The position numbers and the translations under genes are program-made. A stretch of DNA of 64,000 nt. Origin: Podarcis pityusensis. Its lineage: Eukaryota. The stretch lies in the NCBI GenBank assembly GCA_964106645.2, contig OZ067038.1; one strand, given 5' to 3'. The notes under the pieces are model-generated. The model was not told the DNA's origin. It worked only from the letters and a program-made list of their open reading frames with translations, and made no database searches. Each line of letters opens with the position of its first letter. Within the stretch, counting starts at the first letter, position 1. Shown in pieces: positions 63,950 to 64,000 of the stretch.

Positions 63950-64000
63950 AATGGTACTTCTGGTCTTGCTGTCAAAAAAGGAATCTCTGTCAGAGAGGTC
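63950..64000 (-). CDS. ANO1: ANO1 exon 5, partial (DLSDRDSFFDSKTRSTI)
   Basis: Matches human FDLSDKDSFFDSKTRSTI; donor ATT|gtaagt; truncated by window end. Confidence 0.95.

Larger units (their letters stand above)
10469..64000 (-). other. ANO1: Anoctamin-1 (TMEM16A) gene body, exons 5-26 (5' part lies outside the window)
   Basis: 23 exons translate colinearly to ANO1 as recalled from the human protein (e.g. [54 protein letters not shown]); all introns are GT-AG and phases add up to one open frame. Confidence 0.99.

Overview
Vertebrate genomic DNA, most likely from a squamate reptile and possibly a lacertid lizard (inferred from a Sauria/Squam1 SINE, Squam3-like SINEs, L2/CR1 LINEs and hAT MITEs). 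Most of the window is the 3' ~three-quarters of ANO1 (TMEM16A, Ca2+-activated chloride channel) on the minus strand. I resolved 23 coding exons by hand, all with GT-AG boundaries and consistent phases: exon 5 (cut by the window edge) to exon 26 in human-style numbering, 2325 nt = 774 aa + stop. These include the three known mammalian cassette segments b (exon 6b, 66 nt), c (exon 13, 12-nt EAVK microexon) and d (exon 15, 78 nt); b and d are absent from the ORF track. Downstream lies a candidate long 3'UTR with several poly(A) signals and miR-9/miR-19/Pumilio motifs. The introns carry many transposon relics. I found no prokaryote-type systems and no second protein-coding gene. The best leads for something undescribed are candidate extra or poison microexons in the regulatory first intracellular loop, palindromic MITEs bracketing the alternatively spliced exons, and alternative polyadenylation gating miRNA sites. 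Repeat family names come from my recognition of the sequence, not a database search.
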